A DNA stretch of 64,000 bases, taken from contig NC_086097.1 in the NCBI RefSeq assembly GCF_963921235.1, forward strand, positions 144,586,001 to 144,650,000. Reading direction: 5' to 3'. Below, in pieces: positions 62,290 to 64,000 of the stretch (positions are counted from its first letter, which is position 1; each line of letters starts with the position of its first letter). A model generated the notes under the pieces. That model made no database searches and was not told the origin of the DNA. It saw only the letters and a program-made list of their open reading frames with translations. This DNA is from Mobula hypostoma (lineage: Eukaryota). The translations under genes were made by a program, and so were the position numbers.

Positions 62290-63607
62290 ACAGGTTTACA
62301 GAAGACGCAATCTCAATGGATCTCCATTTGGTTTTGGAGCACCTAGGGAGCCGCAAACCAAATGTCAGGCTGATACTTATTAGAACAGAACTTTACTAAC
62401 ATTGCTAAGCCAACGGTATTGTGCTACTCCAGTCCATGCAAAACAGATATTTATAATGCATGTGATACAGCTTAGTTAAAAAAAAATCTCATATTTACAT
62501 GCAACAGGTGACTTAGATAGTCCATAACACTCAATGGCCATTGGCAAGCCAGGGTGTAGCATTATTTAGCTCCACAACAGTCCTCGGGAAGAAGCTGTTT
62601 TCAGTCTTACTGTCTTGGCTAAGATGTTTCTGTATCTTCTATCAGATGGCAGGTGATTGAACAGACAGTGTTCTGGATGAGATAAGTCTTTATTGATGTT
62701 ACAAGCGTGTTGTAGCCATCAAGACGTGTAGGTTGTCTCCAGGTCTGGTAGTTGACACCCAGTGATGTGCTGAGCTATCCCAGTCACCCGTTGCAGTGCT
62801 TTAATATTATGGACCTCATGAAGGGTCTCAGCCCAGGTCAACTGTTTATTTCTTTTCATAGATGCTGCCTGACCTGCTGAGGTCCTCCAGCATTTTGTGT
62901 GTGTTACTCTGGATTTCCAGCATCTGCAGAGTCTCCTGTATTAGTAACTGATTGCGGACGTCAGGAAGGGGAGGTCAGAAGAACACACGCCAGTCCTCAT
63001 TGAGGGGTCAGCAGCAGGAAGGGTAAGCAGCTCAAGTTCCTGGGTGCAACATCTCAAAGGATCTATCCTGGGCCCAGCGTACTGAAGCAATCACAAAGAA
63101 GGTGTGCTAGGGATCGCCAGAAGGTAATCCACCAGATGCTCTTAAAGATTTTTACAGATGAACAGTGGAGTGCATTCTGATTGCTTACAACGCAGCCAGG
63201 TCTGGAAACTCCAATGCGCAAGATGGCAAGAGGCTGCAGAGTGTTATAGACTCAGCAAACTCCACCACGGTCACAACTCTTCCCACTGTCAAGGACATCT
63301 TTAACAGACTGCATCAATCATTAAGGTTCCGCTCCATCCAGGACATGCCCTCTTCAAGTTACAACCTTCAGGGAGGAGGTAGAGAAGTCTGAAGACCCAT
63401 ATTCAATGTTTTAGAAACAGTTCTCACCCTCCATCGTCAGATTTCTGAACAGTCAGTGAGACCGTGAACACAACCTTGCTATTCGTTTTGCACTGTTTGT
63501 TTATCCTTGTAACAAAGTAATTTTTTACATTTTGCACTGTACTGCTGGCACAAAACAACAAATTTTATGACATATATTAGTGATAACAAACCCAATTCTG
63601 ATTCTGA
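62290..63607 (+). mobile_element. Composite of Rex1/Babar-like LINE pieces: plus-strand RT fragments with a minus-strand LINE piece and a Penelope repeat (62817-62940) in between
   Basis: TEDAISMDLHLVLEHL at ~62297; KFLG and AQDGKRLQSVI at 63035-63250; (TCTGAT) tail at ~63600; TGAAGGGTCTCAGCCC...CCAGCATCTGCAGA at 62819-62930. Confidence 0.75.
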
Positions 63608-63704
63608 ACCTGTTCAATTGTTCGTCATAAGACAATTCCTGCCATACTTATGATAACTGTGATCACTCTAGCAAACCTGCGAGCTCTGTCCATGGAGATA
63701 TAGA

Positions 63705-64000
63705 TTCACAGAATTACAGAATCATGCGACATGGAGACACCCCCTTCAGCCCATCTGGTCCGTAGCGACCAGGATGCTGCTCCAAGTTAGTCCCAATTAT
63801 CTGCATTTGGCCCATATTCCTCTAGATATTTCCAATCCATGTATCTTTCTATAACTGTCTTTTAAAAGATGTTAGTGTACTTGCTTCAGCCATTTCCTAT
63901 GGTAGCTAGTTCTGTATACGTACAACAATCTGTGTAGAAAAGCTGTCCCTCAAGTTCATATCTAATCTGACCCATTTTAACTTAAACCTATTTTCTCTTG
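63705..64000 (-). mobile_element. CR1 3' end, truncated by window edge
   Basis: CACAGAATTACAGAATCAT..CCCTTCAGCCCA tail pattern; similar to 52640-52920. Confidence 0.7.

Overview
Repeat-dense vertebrate genomic DNA, intergenic or intronic. The mix of repeat families (CR1 and Rex1/Babar-like LINEs, Penelope-like elements, DeuSINE remnants, Gypsy LTR elements) suggests a cartilaginous fish, probably a ray; this is an inference. I could not identify any intact host gene, and nearly all long ORFs are decayed transposon fragments or products of a tandem repeat. Main contents: several decayed CR1 LINEs, one near full length with an esterase-type ORF1; two long and five short Penelope-like elements with minimal hammerhead-ribozyme motifs; two Gypsy proviruses with LTRs, PBS, PPT and TSDs, plus a solo LTR; a Tc1 remnant; a Tigger-type MITE that closely resembles mammalian MER2; an intron-containing tRNA-Leu(CAA) pseudogene abutting a CR1 3' end; and a ~10.1 kb G/T-rich 52-bp minisatellite with a 1999-bp higher-order duplication, expanded inside a small retroelement that is itself inserted in a CR1. 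Family names come from motif recognition and memory, not database searches. Boundaries of old fragments are approximate.
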